64,000 bases of DNA, taken from the NCBI GenBank assembly GCA_050273025.1, contig CP158636.1:1054001-1118000 (forward strand), read 5' to 3'. The position numbers and the translations under genes were made by a program. The notes under the pieces were generated by a model, which worked only from the letters and a program-made list of their open reading frames with translations, did no database searches and was not told the DNA's origin. The DNA comes from Cenococcum geophilum. Lineage: Eukaryota. This document shows, one piece after another, positions 26,480-38,951 of this stretch. Positions within the stretch are counted from its first letter, which is position 1; each line of letters opens with the position of its first letter.

Positions 26480-27829
26480 AGGCACTACTTTCTAAAGCAA
26501 GAGGTTTAACTTGGTAGAATTTAAAGATTTTATAAAAATAGAGCCAAATTTTATCAAGTTTATAGAATTACGCGTTACCCTCGTGAATTTTAGATCTCTA
26601 CACGAGGCTTTGGACAAAGCTCTACCTGGAGCTCTACACGAAGCTCTACTATGGTATCCGGCGAAAGTATTGTACATTGTCGATGCGTTGCAGGGGGGTT
26701 AGGTGGCTTGTGACTTATTTTTAATACATTTTTGCGGCAAATGAAAAAGGAGGAAAATTATACAAACCGGCTTTCTTATTGGTGTAAAATGCTCTGCAAG
26801 GAACCTCTGCAACACACCGACAATGTACAATACTTTTAAGACTATCCCTTGTAACGGTACAATTCGTCCTATGGTTATCGATAAGATCCAGCCCAATAGA
26901 ACCAATCGGATTAAGTTGGATGCCCAATTGCTATTTTTTTTTCAGTGCACGGATCACTTGCTGGTAGGACGCTACCGTTGCATGGGATACAATAAAGAGG
27001 CTCTACAGGAGGAGGCTCTATGTAGGACAATTGAGGTTTCATCTACGCCTGATGTACGACGTATAGTGTAACATTCGGGCGGACTTTAAGGGGCCGATAT
27101 GCATGGCGTAATCTTAATTTTATCAAGTACACCTCTTGCTTTAGAAAGTATATGTTAGTAGGGGGTACTTGGGCAGTCTCTTTGAGCTCGGCAACGTGCA
27201 CGTGACATGTCACGTGACAGTGCGCGGGCTACCTTGTCGATATCTTCTCGGGCCCTCGAGTCCCTTAGATCCTTCCTCATAGAGCCTCTCATTTATATAT
27301 TCCATGCCAGCCTAGCCACTGCCCTGACAGTATATATATACAATCACTTGATAAGAAGAGGCGCCAATACTTACAAAAGTAGGCAAAAATTGATAAAGTG
27401 GGAGACCGAAGGGGAACAGTATTTCTAGGCTCATGCTGCGATTGGCCCTAGTGCGAAGAGGGAAAATATTTGCAAGGGAAGTACCCCTTCGCTGGTATCG
27501 AGACATCCTTCTGCTGAAGGTACTGTACGGAGTGGCAGGATGTTAGTCGCACTCGAGGTAACGAGCCGTTGGCAATAAAAAATGAGTGTGGTAGTGATTT
27601 AACGGTGAGCATCAATATTGCATCATCACAATATCGCTGCTCAATAAAAAGCGTAATCCGGTGGGCTTACTAGAGATGCACGAGGTAGTATTTGATACAT
27701 GCTATTAGGCCGTGTGAACATATCACTAGCCAGCCCATCTGCCAGCGCCACAATGGCACATCTTGTGGCTGGAGCTTATGGTGAAGCCAAGCGGCCAGAG
27801 CTTGAAACCAGGCAACGAAATCAACGACC

Positions 27830-29200
27830 CATGATTGTGTACCTCAACACCATCGGTCTATTTCGGACCGTGTCAAGGCTCCATTGTGCCTCCGAGGTGG
27901 TCATACAAGAAGAGCACCAGGTATTCCAAGACGTGTAAGACCAGGAGGGTCAAGGTAGGCAACACGTCGAGTTTCGTGCATGGAAAAGGGGGCGGCCGAA
28001 CTGACCAGACAATATCTAGTGTGACGAAGTCCATCCCAACTGCGGGCCCTGTATCAGGCATGATGTTTCTTGCGATTATGCCATGCGGGATGTGGATTCT
28101 CCAACCCCTTCTACAGAAAATTTGACGCCGGTACAGAAGGATTATCTCAATTCATCATCGGATATAACCACGCCGTTATCCTATGAACAGGAGTCAAGAA
28201 TCTTCAGATCGCCATCCTGGATTAGGAGGATACTCCAAGCACTCGAATGCTGGGGCTGCGTCTAGTGCACCATTTCAGCATGATGTTGCTCTCAACAGTG
28301 TAAGTCATGCCGCCCGCGACTATGATGCAGTATCCCCCTTAACACTTGCTCGCCCAGGGCATCAATACCAGACAGTCCAAGCAAATACGCATTGTTCGTC
28401 GACGTCCCCTAAATGGTCTTCTGCGGTGGCGCAGAAAACCCGCTCATGAATCTCCTGACAACATCTGCTCTCAATCTCCGACTGCTCAACCCTGACGACC
28501 AACCGGCTATTATTGTATCCGCTCACTACTTTTGCCTCGCTCTGAAAGGCTACAGAGAAATGCTCCGCAGGGTAAGCGGGGAGAACTCGTGCATGCTGTT
28601 CGCCTCCGCGGGCGCCATCGCAGTGCAGGAATTGTTGTCGCGGTAAGAGCTACCGCTAGAAACCCAGTATACCTTTCCAATCTCCTGGTTCCGGGCGCGG
28701 CGAGGCCTACGAGCCGTGGCCTCTACCACGGAAGCCTAGATCGCGCAGTCAAAGCTGAAACCGCTATTATTTATCTCCCATCTGCGACCCCTGGATTTCC
28801 ATGGGCCAAGCCAACCACTTCGCGTACCTCCTTGGAGGACTAGAAGACCAAAATCTAAGCCGGCAGAACTTAGAGGCTTATTAGGGTGCAGTTTAATACC
28901 TTGACCTGGCATATAAATTGCACCAGCAATGTTATGATAGACCTACCGTACAAAGGCATATCCTGGCATTTCCAGGCAAGCTCTCGAAGGCATTTGTACT
29001 CCTAGAGATCTATAGCCTAAGGGCATTAGTAATTACCGCGCATTTCTTTACTCTTTTCAAGTTTATCGATGAAATCTCGTATTTACAAGGGGTGCCAAGA
29101 CGGGAGGTTTTGGGAATTCTCTCTCCTGCAGGAGAATTGGGTGTGGGCTATAGAGTGGCCGATCCAACAGATCGAATGTCCTCTAGACACAATTCGAGAT
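27830..29200 (+). pseudogene. Zn2Cys6 transcription factor (Upc2-like) pseudogene
   Basis: SYKKSTRYSKTCKTRRVK|intron|CDEVHPNCGPCIRHDVSCDY (first Cys lost), RMLGLRLVHHF, FPISWFRARRG, RALVITAHFF, WAIEWP; spread over frames with stops. Confidence 0.8.
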
Positions 29201-29429
29201 GAGGAAAGCAGTCACCAAATATCAAGAAAGACCCTGCCTAAGCCAGAACATCGACCACCGCCTGAGGAGAACGGATTTTGTTGCCAGATCCACCAGCAGA
29301 GGCATTTCATACCTCCCGTTGATAGTCTATGCTACGGATATATATTATAAGCTATTCTCTATGTATCAAGCGTCCACCAAGAACAAAACTACAATCTATT
29401 CTCGTCCCCAACAATCCAGTCACTCTATA

Positions 29430-30943
29430 ACTTAGGGCTCCACCTCAAACGCACCGTTTCTCTGAATCGATAAAAGATCAGCGGAATAGGGCATATTGCC
29501 AACATAATAAACACGAGCAGTGAATTTCCCCACTCGACGCCGAGCGAGTCATACATCTTCTAGCCAAACAGCGGGATCATGGCGCCAAACACGAAACGGA
29601 GGACAGCACTCGCGGCGGCTGCGGACGCAGCATAGGCAGTGAAAGCGTCAACCAAGTATGTAGCGACACAGGCCCATTCAATTAAAAATGTATCGGTCAG
29701 TATCTAGACAAAACCGAGTACAGCCCGTTTGGGGGGAGGGCAAGAATTCCTCACCATAGCCGCGGACAACCCAAAACCAAACAGCAACGTCCCAACAATC
29801 GGTATGAGCCAGAAACCGGGCGCCTCAGCGCTCCACCCGTACCAGAACAAGCCGACGCACATGAACGGCGAGAAGTACACCACCGGCAGCAAGCGGAACT
29901 CCGGCATCTCCCTCCCGCCCGCCGCCACCTTCCTACGAAAGACGCTGTCACTGACAACCCTCACCGTCCCCAAGCCGACCAGGCTGCCAATTCCCAGCCC
30001 CAGAAACGTCAAGCCGACCATGCCCGTGCTGAAGCGTAGCGGCCGCCGAAGACATCCGAGAACGTCGTGAGGAGCAGGCAGAGGTAGCCATAGCCGAGCG
30101 CCGTGAAGACGGACAGCGCGAGCACAATCGGCGACAGGAACAGCAGCTCCATGGGGCGGATGATGCTGCGGGCGAACAGCGTGCGGGGCCGCAGCCCGCT
30201 ATCCAGCGCAGCAGCGGGTTGCCCGTCGCCCTGTGCATGCGGCGCGTGCGTCTCGGACATGACGAGCGCGCCCGCGGCCGTGCCCGCGCTGCCGATGATG
30301 GCAAGCAGCCGGAAGGCCCAGCGCTAGCCGCGGGCCATGGCCAGAACGACATGGTCGCGCCGCGCCGCTCCTACTCGATGGTGTCGGCGATGGTGCCGGT
30401 GGCGAGCGTCAGCGGCGTGGATCCCGAGCAGCCCACGATGAAGCGGAAGCTGATGAGCATGTTCAGGTTCGCGCTGACGGCGCAGGCGACGGTGAAGGCG
30501 GCGAAGAGGATGTTGCAGGCGAGGTAGAGGTGAGAGGGCCGAAGGCGAAGCCGAGGACTTTGGTCAGTCAACTTCAGTTGGTTTCCGGCCTGAAGACAGC
30601 GGGGAGGGGTGTGAGAGGGGGCTTTACGTTATGAAGGAGGTGACGGCGACGATGTAATCATTGCTCCATTTTTTCCATGGCCCCCAATTCAGCGGGTTCT
30701 CTGGGTCGTCGTCGCCATCCCACCACACAATATTCGGGTCACTGTCAGCAAGTCCTACGGGCTGTGAATCCTTCCCTATATCCGTAACAGTCATATCGAT
30801 ACCGTGCTCATTTACGATACCTGCGTTGGAAGGTATGGCGGTGTCATGGCCCTTGAAAGCTGCGAGTTGGATAATCTCCTTTTCGCCGGAAACACTGGGA
30901 CATCTCCAGCGTGCTTGGTGCTGTCGGAATCCGTCCCCGCCAT
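29430..30943 (-). pseudogene. MFS drug:H+ antiporter (DHA1-type) pseudogene
   Basis: WDGDDDPENPLNW, FRFIVGCSGSTPLTLATGTIAD, RPMELLFLSPIV, PEFRLLP, GLFWYGWS, MYDSLGVEWGNSLL; frameshifts, internal deletions and an in-frame TAG at ~29560. Confidence 0.88.
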
Positions 30944-31072
30944 CACTTCATACTCTCTGCATTTTATATGAGAATTTCCATTATATACCATTACTCCTAC
31001 CAGCAACAGTTGGAACGCAGGAGAAAGCGGTGTTGCTGGAACTTTTGCTTTTCCTAAAACAGGCAAAGCGCC

Positions 31073-31073
<1 letters not shown>

Positions 31074-31107
<34 letters not shown>

Positions 31108-31113
31108 CGTTCG
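31074..31113. repeat. (GTTCGT)n hexanucleotide microsatellite
   Basis: About six tandem GTTCGT units. Confidence 0.8.
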
Positions 31114-34100
31114 TCTTGGGATCGTCCTTTTTCAAACCCTCCATCGTGCTTCTTTCTCCTTTCTGGCAGAACATCCTGCTCCACTTCAATAGATCTCATC
31201 GCAGGATGCCTTGATACCGGGTGAATATCTTCGGGCCCTACGCCCCCTTTTCGCGCGTGAACCTTCGCTTGCGGTTGAACAAGGCGGATTCGCCAGCCCG
31301 GCTCAGCCATATCCGACGCAATAGTTACGGCCCCGTTCATATAGCAGAACTACACTACCTCTGCCTTCACCCCGTTGCCAAGCGGCCCGGACGATTCGCA
31401 CAAACTGCAGCTTCCCACCCCTTGCACCGCCTCCCCCCCGGAGTCTCCTTTCGCCGCCGTCTTGGATCGTCCACTCCCCCCGGCAGCTAAGAGAGAGGTC
31501 GCTGCGGAGGACTTCCAGCGGCCTGGGGCACGGCTTTGCGAGTCCTCTTGGCGCGCTGGGAGAGTCGGCCTGGCGGTACCGGAAGGCTCGTTGTGCGGTC
31601 CGCATGGTGCTTCCTTGGGCTGGTGCGCAGAAAGTTGCCTGGTGATGAGCGGCGGGGAAAGAGGAGGGCTGGGGGGTTGGGTTGCGATGGGGATACCTGG
31701 TTGGGGCCGTTGTGCGTGTTCGCGTTGAGCTTCGTTGTCGTTGCGAGGCGTGGGTGTAGGGCCAGGCTGGTGAGGGAAGAGCGGTATCCTGTGCGCTCCT
31801 GAAGGGAGATGTGCGTGGAAGGGGTCGTTCAGCTGGTCCTTGACGGGTTATGTGGGGTTTGGGTGAGCGGCTTAAGAACTTCAGAACTTGGTGGTCAGAA
31901 CGGATGCAATTTTCTTAAGCGTCTGAGGCCGTTGATGAGTGTGCGGTTGGGAAACCGAGGATTGAGTGGACGGCTCAAATGCGCATGGGATGGAGATTCT
32001 AACGGCCTGGAAAGGAACGTGCGAGCTCATATACGCCATCACCAAGCTCAGCAAGGACTACTCCGCGTGGATACCAGGCCCGCAGATGCCATCACAAGCC
32101 AGACTCGTGCAGCGCTTCGTTCAGCGGCCAGCCCGAACGTGCACTGCTGCAAGCAGGCTCAGGAGGAGGCCTAAGATGAAGACTCCACAGCGCATGCCGT
32201 TAATGCTGTCGAGCTCGAGTATCTGAGCCGCAATTCCAGCCTTGGTTATGAGCGCATCGTGTGTTATACCAGCCGTCATCGCTTCTCGTCACAAACATCT
32301 CCCAGGACAAGTATGTGGCGGACGACTAATTCACGGAAATCGCAACCGGCCCGTATGCGGAGAGCTGCGACGTCTTAAATAGTGCTACCTGCCTGCCTCT
32401 GCCCGTGTCGGTTGGCTCCTCCAGCTCCTTGGGATTTACAATGTTAAGCAGCAGCCACAGCCTCAATCCGTCGGACTTGCCGAACCGCGTTTCTTCGTAG
32501 AAGCCCGAGCGTCCGAGGGTGAAGATCCCACGTTGGATGAATTGTGTTTCGATGGTGTGGCGCAAGATGCAAACAGGAGCGCGGATCCGTAGAGTATTTC
32601 GGCAACCATATCTAGTTTTCGTGCTGCTGTGAACATCTAGAACGTTTCCTAGTCGTGCGTATAACGATTATAGGCAACGCGGCTGTCCTATGTGGAAAGA
32701 GGACGCCAGAAGCCGTACGCTGTCTGTGGCCTTTCATTACGCGTCGTCCGCTCCTAGTCTATTTTGCACTCACGCATCAAGGATGAGAACATATCTTCTG
32801 TCTTCTGTTCGCGAATCCCACTCCGACTCAACGAGGACAACGCCTCTGTATTCGACAGTGTTGTGGCTTTGCTCAGAGCGGATGGAATCTACCGTTTTCA
32901 GTAGAGGATCGGCTACAACGGGACTGATTGACACAAACGAGGTGTCAGAACTCGTGAGGATCAATTGATGAGAATCTAAGCTATTTATGTAGGGGGACCT
33001 CCCCCCCTGTAGAACCCCTGAGCTAGGCCCTATATGGCTTTCGACACGAGGCGTACGGCTGTTAGGTGATGTGCACTACAAATTTGAGGCAAGGAATTTG
33101 GAAATTGGAGAACCGCTCCACAGACTGACAGAGAACTGCCCCCTAGGAAACGTAGCATTTCCTAGAATCCTTCGAAAGTTTATATAGAATGGTCGTTTTT
33201 CAATCTCAAGAACCCATTGTAGATCCTAGTAGTGGCTTATTATCACACTATACCTCTCTTAGCACTACATCGATTGTTCTCGTCTCAGACATGCTTTATA
33301 AAGCCGGGTATGAAGAGCAGGCAACGTTGGTTGAATTATGTTAAGTTCAAGGACACCCCGCGAGGTAAGGCTTATGAAGGAAACCAAAAAGAGAAAGTCA
33401 CGGAACGCAAGTTTGCGCTTGTTAACGTTTCGAGACGATTTGGAGCAGGAAAAGACACTTCTTCTCTTGTACCTTCTCGTGATATGCAGATATGAGCTTA
33501 CAACGGGAATAAAGAATATGACCGGTCACAAAGGAGCTCGAGTCAGCAGCATGACGGCTTGGCGAGTCAAGGAAGTCCGTCTCCAGGGTATGTGCGCCAA
33601 CGCCAAGCGCTTGGGTAAATTGACGATGCTAAGGCAGAGTCTATTGTCCAATGCATAACCGAGCCCATATCCCAGAAGTGAAAGTCTGTGTCTTGCATAC
33701 CAGTATAGAGGCGTCATGGCCGGGGTAAGTCGCATGGTTTCCGGCGTTCTGGCCATACCTAGTCCTTGAAGGCTGTCAATAGGCTTCGGCATATCGGATT
33801 CGCGGGTCTTAGCATTTGAATGAATCCTATTTGTGTATCGTGAAGTTTTCAGCGGCGGTATCGATGCTAGGGTCCAGAAGAGCCGGCGCCGCAAAAAAGC
33901 CAGCGACGGAGAAGAGGCCGCGGAATGACTATTGGAACCCGCTGCGGATAATTCAAAGTTTAGGACTCCGCGGACGCGATGCTTAACGGAGAATTGCTTC
34001 CATTACCAATTCTGCCCTCAATGCGTATTTTATTGAGCTGCTTTAAGGCCGTAAGCTTGACAGCGGGTGTTTGCTGCTGGCGGAAATTGCAGGCGGACGT

Positions 34101-37100
34101 GGGATGTGGGGATATTTTGGCATGGTGTAATATCGATGAAGGGACTGTTTAGGTCTATGAGGCATGTAATTTGATGTTTGACGTAAGAGTCAACTGCGAT
34201 CGAGACGCATCTAGATGCTCGTTAGATTGATCATAGCGCAAAAAGCAGAAAGAAATCTCAATCCGCGGTTGAGCCTGACAATGAGCACGAATCGAGTTTC
34301 TCTCTGTGTGCACGCTCACAGTACCACATCTTTGAGTGCATTGTGTCACCACCAATCTCATACTCTGTGTTCTTGTAGTGTATCAAAGATGCTTGTAAGT
34401 TGTAGCACCGGGCCTAGATGGATGAGTGCAAGATCCTGCAATCGAGAACTACCGATTATTCATAGTATCTGCACCTTTGAAACCACGGCGTGCCCCTGAC
34501 TTATCCTGCTAGCGCGGGATGAAGATAGCGGATCAATGTTGTGTTCCGTAAGACGGGGGGGGGAGCTGTCAACGTCATTGCTGAGCACTTGCCAGCACAT
34601 GCTCAGGATCGCCAACGGGAGACGATCAGAAGTAGTAACCCGAGAGGCACATGTTCAGCCCCGCTGTCAGACTCGTCGCTTAACCACAGGACTTCTTTAC
34701 GAACAACTTCGACTCGAGCAGCGTCGCTTACCCAAGAGTCGTGCTCAGCCGTCTCGTGACACGCAGTACAACAAACTGCGGAACAAAGGACTGGACATTC
34801 TAGCAGACGCGTGGCGCTTTGGCGAAGCGCGTGGGCAATCGCAAAGCAAGTGACCATCTGCAGATCGCCGAATGTGGAGGCGTTGGTTTGGGTCGGCATA
34901 GCCTATCCCATGCGCAGGAATCCCGTGGCTTCGTGAGAAAATGCGGGGCTGGACATATTGTGCAAAGGGCTGGGCAGCTGTGTCACATCGGCGTACTGGT
35001 ACCTTCCATGGCACTGGACTGTGAGGACTTTGGAAACTGCAGGTCGCTAGTGTCACGCCAATTTATGTGGATCCGAGGCGGAAGAGGCGTGTGGAGCGTG
35101 CGAGACGCTTGGAGAAGTCTTGCGGACATCTGGTAAATACGATAGGCAGTCGGACAATGACGAAAAATAGGGAGACATGTCTAGGAGCTGACTCGCAACT
35201 CCAGACGAGGTGCATTAGCGATATGGTCAATAACGTTTAAGGTTTCACTCATGATACGTCGGGTAGGAGCGATTATGGCTGACAGGTTTCGCAACAGGTA
35301 TGAATAGTTGTCCTGAAAGTACGGGACGTGGTACGGGATGGTTCGATGATGGCGAGGTTGGATGGAAAGAGCAAATACGGCCATCTATCTGGCTAAAAAA
35401 AACTCGCTTATTAGTTTTGCCCGGGAACTTTCCGTGCCGCTGCTGCGCCGCGATGGCTACTGTTTCTGCTGAATGTATGATTCGGTCGTTTGTTGCCAAA
35501 AGCATTGAGTAGGTGAATGGTGGTGGTGAGTGTGGCTTACCATGCGCTTCGCCTCGGGCGTACAGGCGACAAACTGCCACCCACCATCGGCCCGATGAGA
35601 CCGGATGAATGCAGCGGTTGAAGGCAGTTGGAGGTGCGGGGGCGACAGGGCTGGCAAACGGGCTCTTCACCGGAGGGACCAGGCAACGCAGTAACGCATC
35701 ATGGGCCGGTGAGTAGCCAATATAGTTTGACTGGGCCAGCCATGGGTGAAGAGGAAGGGCTCGCCACCTTTCGATTAGTTCCCCAACCACACCCCGATAA
35801 AATGACTGCATGGGGCGATCTCGGTCGAATAGAAGCACACGGATTAGAAGAGAAAGAAAAGTAGGGCGCTATGGGTGATATGGGGTGCTGCGGGTGCTGT
35901 AGGGTGTCGTGGGTGAGTGCCGTGGGTGCTGTAGGGTGAATAACTCAGCGGCGTTTTTAGAACAGAAGACCTTTGGGTTGGCCCTGGGGTGCTTTCGCGT
36001 CTGCATCACAGCGATCCATAAAGGGCCATTTGCTCTTGAGTTGAGAATCCACACCCCGATCATCTGACCTTCTGACCTCTTGCATCGCCGAAACAGAACG
36101 CCTCTCCGCGACGCCGACCATGATTAGACTTGCTTAGACTTGCTTGCACTTTGCTCTTGCACACTCCCGCTGTGACTCTTGCTGCGTGGTGATTCCTCCA
36201 TCTTCGAAACTTCCCATTTCCGCATCTTAGATTTAGAAATAAGCGACATACACGAGGCAAAGAAATTTGCTTTTGTTCCGAAACTCCGACCTGGCTGACT
36301 CTGGATGATGTGCTCCGTCTGACTGCTCATATCTGTGGCGCCGACGCGAGCCCTAGAACTTGTAGGGATGGGATACCCCCATGGCCAGATTGCGAGTCCT
36401 CCATCGCCCATCGGACCACGGTGGATGGGAATCTGATGGAGAACCCAAATGCGGGCTACGCCAGAATATCGCCCAAAGGTGTCGCTCCTGTGGGGCACCG
36501 CGCCTCCTCTGACTGGTTCGTCATTAAAGTGCTCTGCATACCTAGGCGTTTTGTGCCACGCGGGGCCTTCTAGAGTGCGTGCGACTGCAGCTGTGAGTCG
36601 CGCCAGCATCCTGGTTGGCTGCGTAACGCACTCGGCGCAGCGTTCCGTATGCTTGCTTTTTTCCAGGCTGAGGTCAAACTCCTGGGGGCGGAGCCTGGAC
36701 GACATGCCACCCTCCACGCCAAACGACAGACTATGGGATTATGCTTGTGACGGCAATACTGCAATTCACAAGGCATTTTCACAGCGTTTCCATAGAATAT
36801 TCTCCTTGCAAGGGTGCGCTGCTAGACAATTCACGATTTTGAGTATAGAAGTCACCACCGGGCAATGCAGGCCAGGGTTACAAAGGCTGTGTATACGTGC
36901 TGCAACTACGGTTGCCTCACTAATGTATGTTTTGATATTGCTCTGGCTATTGCAGCGAGAGTTGGTATGCAGTCTCGTCGGACATCGTTAACGTACAAAG
37001 TGTGAGCCAAGCTGCGAGCCTGCTCTGGTATCGAGAAAGAACGAGAGTAACGTGATGTGGAAATTTTTCAATCCATGGATTTCGTCCAAGTCCGGAATAT

Positions 37101-37572
37101 TAAGTAATAAAACTCCATGTAAATGCGTCAAACCACTACTCCAGTCACAACCTGACTAGGTATATAATTGTAAAACGAAAGAAATCAAAATGGACATGTA
37201 TCCGTGTGCACGTGTAAATATCAAGAACACCCCGCCATCTAGGCATCGCTAAGCTCCCCCAAAACGCGAAAGGTAATAAAACACCTCCGTGGAAAAACAT
37301 TTTCTAACCATCCTCGGCGTAACGGTAATCCAGGAATATTGTCCGAGGAACCGGAGCCTGGCGGATGCCGGATGCGCCATATCTAGTTTGCAACGCCTGT
37401 GGAACCTGATCGATACAAAACACCATACAAAACACCACCGCTCAGAGAACTATCATCTCATCACGACTTTTCGAGTAGGAAAATAATGGAACATATAAAC
37501 ACATTGTTGAAGAAACGTAGCAAATGAGGGGAACTTTCCACAAGGTGGCTTGGATCCAAGGCATGTCCCGTA

Positions 37573-38951
37573 TCAATAGACGTGCACTGGGGCCACCATA
37601 AGTGGTGGCTGGAAAGACACATGTTTGACCAGATTGGCAGCCTGGAGAAACGAGTTGTACCAGGCATGTGATGGAGGGGAAACGTATGAGGGTTGGGGTC
37701 CGCGAGGAACACCTTTCGGAGCAGTCGGAACATGGGTAAAGGATGATGTTGACGAAGCCGACGAAGCCGACGAACTAGATGAGAACACGGAGTCGTTGTC
37801 TGAGTTTGAGCTTCCCGTGGAGGTTGAAGGTTGAGGGAAGGGGAGATCAAGGGGAGTCAGGGAAAAGAGCGGAGCAGGAAGAGGGGTAGCTGGTGGAACA
37901 GTTCCGGATTGGTAAATACCGTTAAAAGCGGCACCCCGGGCATAATCCACAGGCCTGAATGGAGGAGAAGACAACGGCGCTGGCGCTGCTGACCTGGTGG
38001 TAAACCTTGGGCATCTCAGAATCAATTCCCTCAACTCGGGAATCGTGGTCCTCTTGGCAGGGTTGTATTCAAAAATACGTCTGAGAATAGAGTCAAGCTC
38101 CGCGGATAAAGGAAGGATGGATCTCAGAAACTTCGGGTCCTTCATGTACGCCCGGAAAGTGGTATCATCAAAGGATGCTCGCTTCCATGGATTACGACCA
38201 CAGGTCAGGTTTACCAGGATAACACCCAGTGACCACACATCATTCGGCGCTGATGCATAGCAGGAATAGGCCTTGGGAGACGAAGTTTGACACTCTGCGA
38301 GAAAAATGATAGAGTTAGTTTCTGACTTGAAAGAAATGAACTCCGGATTGGAAAAAAGTTACCTGGCGACATGTAGAAAGTTGAGCCACATCCAAAATCG
38401 GAGGTAATATGGTCATCCGTGGCAAGTCCAAAGTCGGCCAGTTTAACGGTCATTCCTTCGTCCGTCACCAGGATGTTTTCTGGCTTCAGATCCCTGTGGT
38501 AGATTCCGATGGAATGACAATATTCAACGGCATCAAGGATTTGGAGAAAAGCCCTCTTGGCAAGAGCATCGTTGCCGATGTACTTTCCTCGTTCGGTGAT
38601 ATTGGAAAAGAGATCGCCCTCAGGACAGTACTCGATGACCACGTATGTGCAATCAGGAGAGTCCATAATCCGTACCAAGGAAACAACATTTGGGTGGACA
38701 CTGGCTTGGTGGTGCAGCTGGATTTCCCGTTGTTGGAACTTCCTTTGCCGTGGCTCCAAACCCAGCTTGTTGAGGGCTTTGACGGCGTAGGGAATGTTTG
38801 TCTGGATGTCCACGGCTGTGTATACAACTCCATAGGCTCCAACGCCAAGAATACCGGTCAACTGCAACCAGCCAGCCAGGACTTGGCCTAGTCGTTCTTC
38901 CGGCGCGGAGAATCCATTGAGGGTTGGCGATGCTGGTGGGGTTGGCAACAT
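37573..38951 (-). CDS. ran1: Ran1/Pat1-family (Sks1/Vhs1-like) Ser/Thr kinase, 2 exons
   Basis: MLPTPP start; [43 protein letters not shown]; intron 38362-38295. Confidence 0.92.

Noticed and set aside
33200..37500. Many short overlapping ORFs, also at 39-44 kb
   Set aside because: No recognisable motifs or consistent splice structure; expected by chance in GC-rich DNA.
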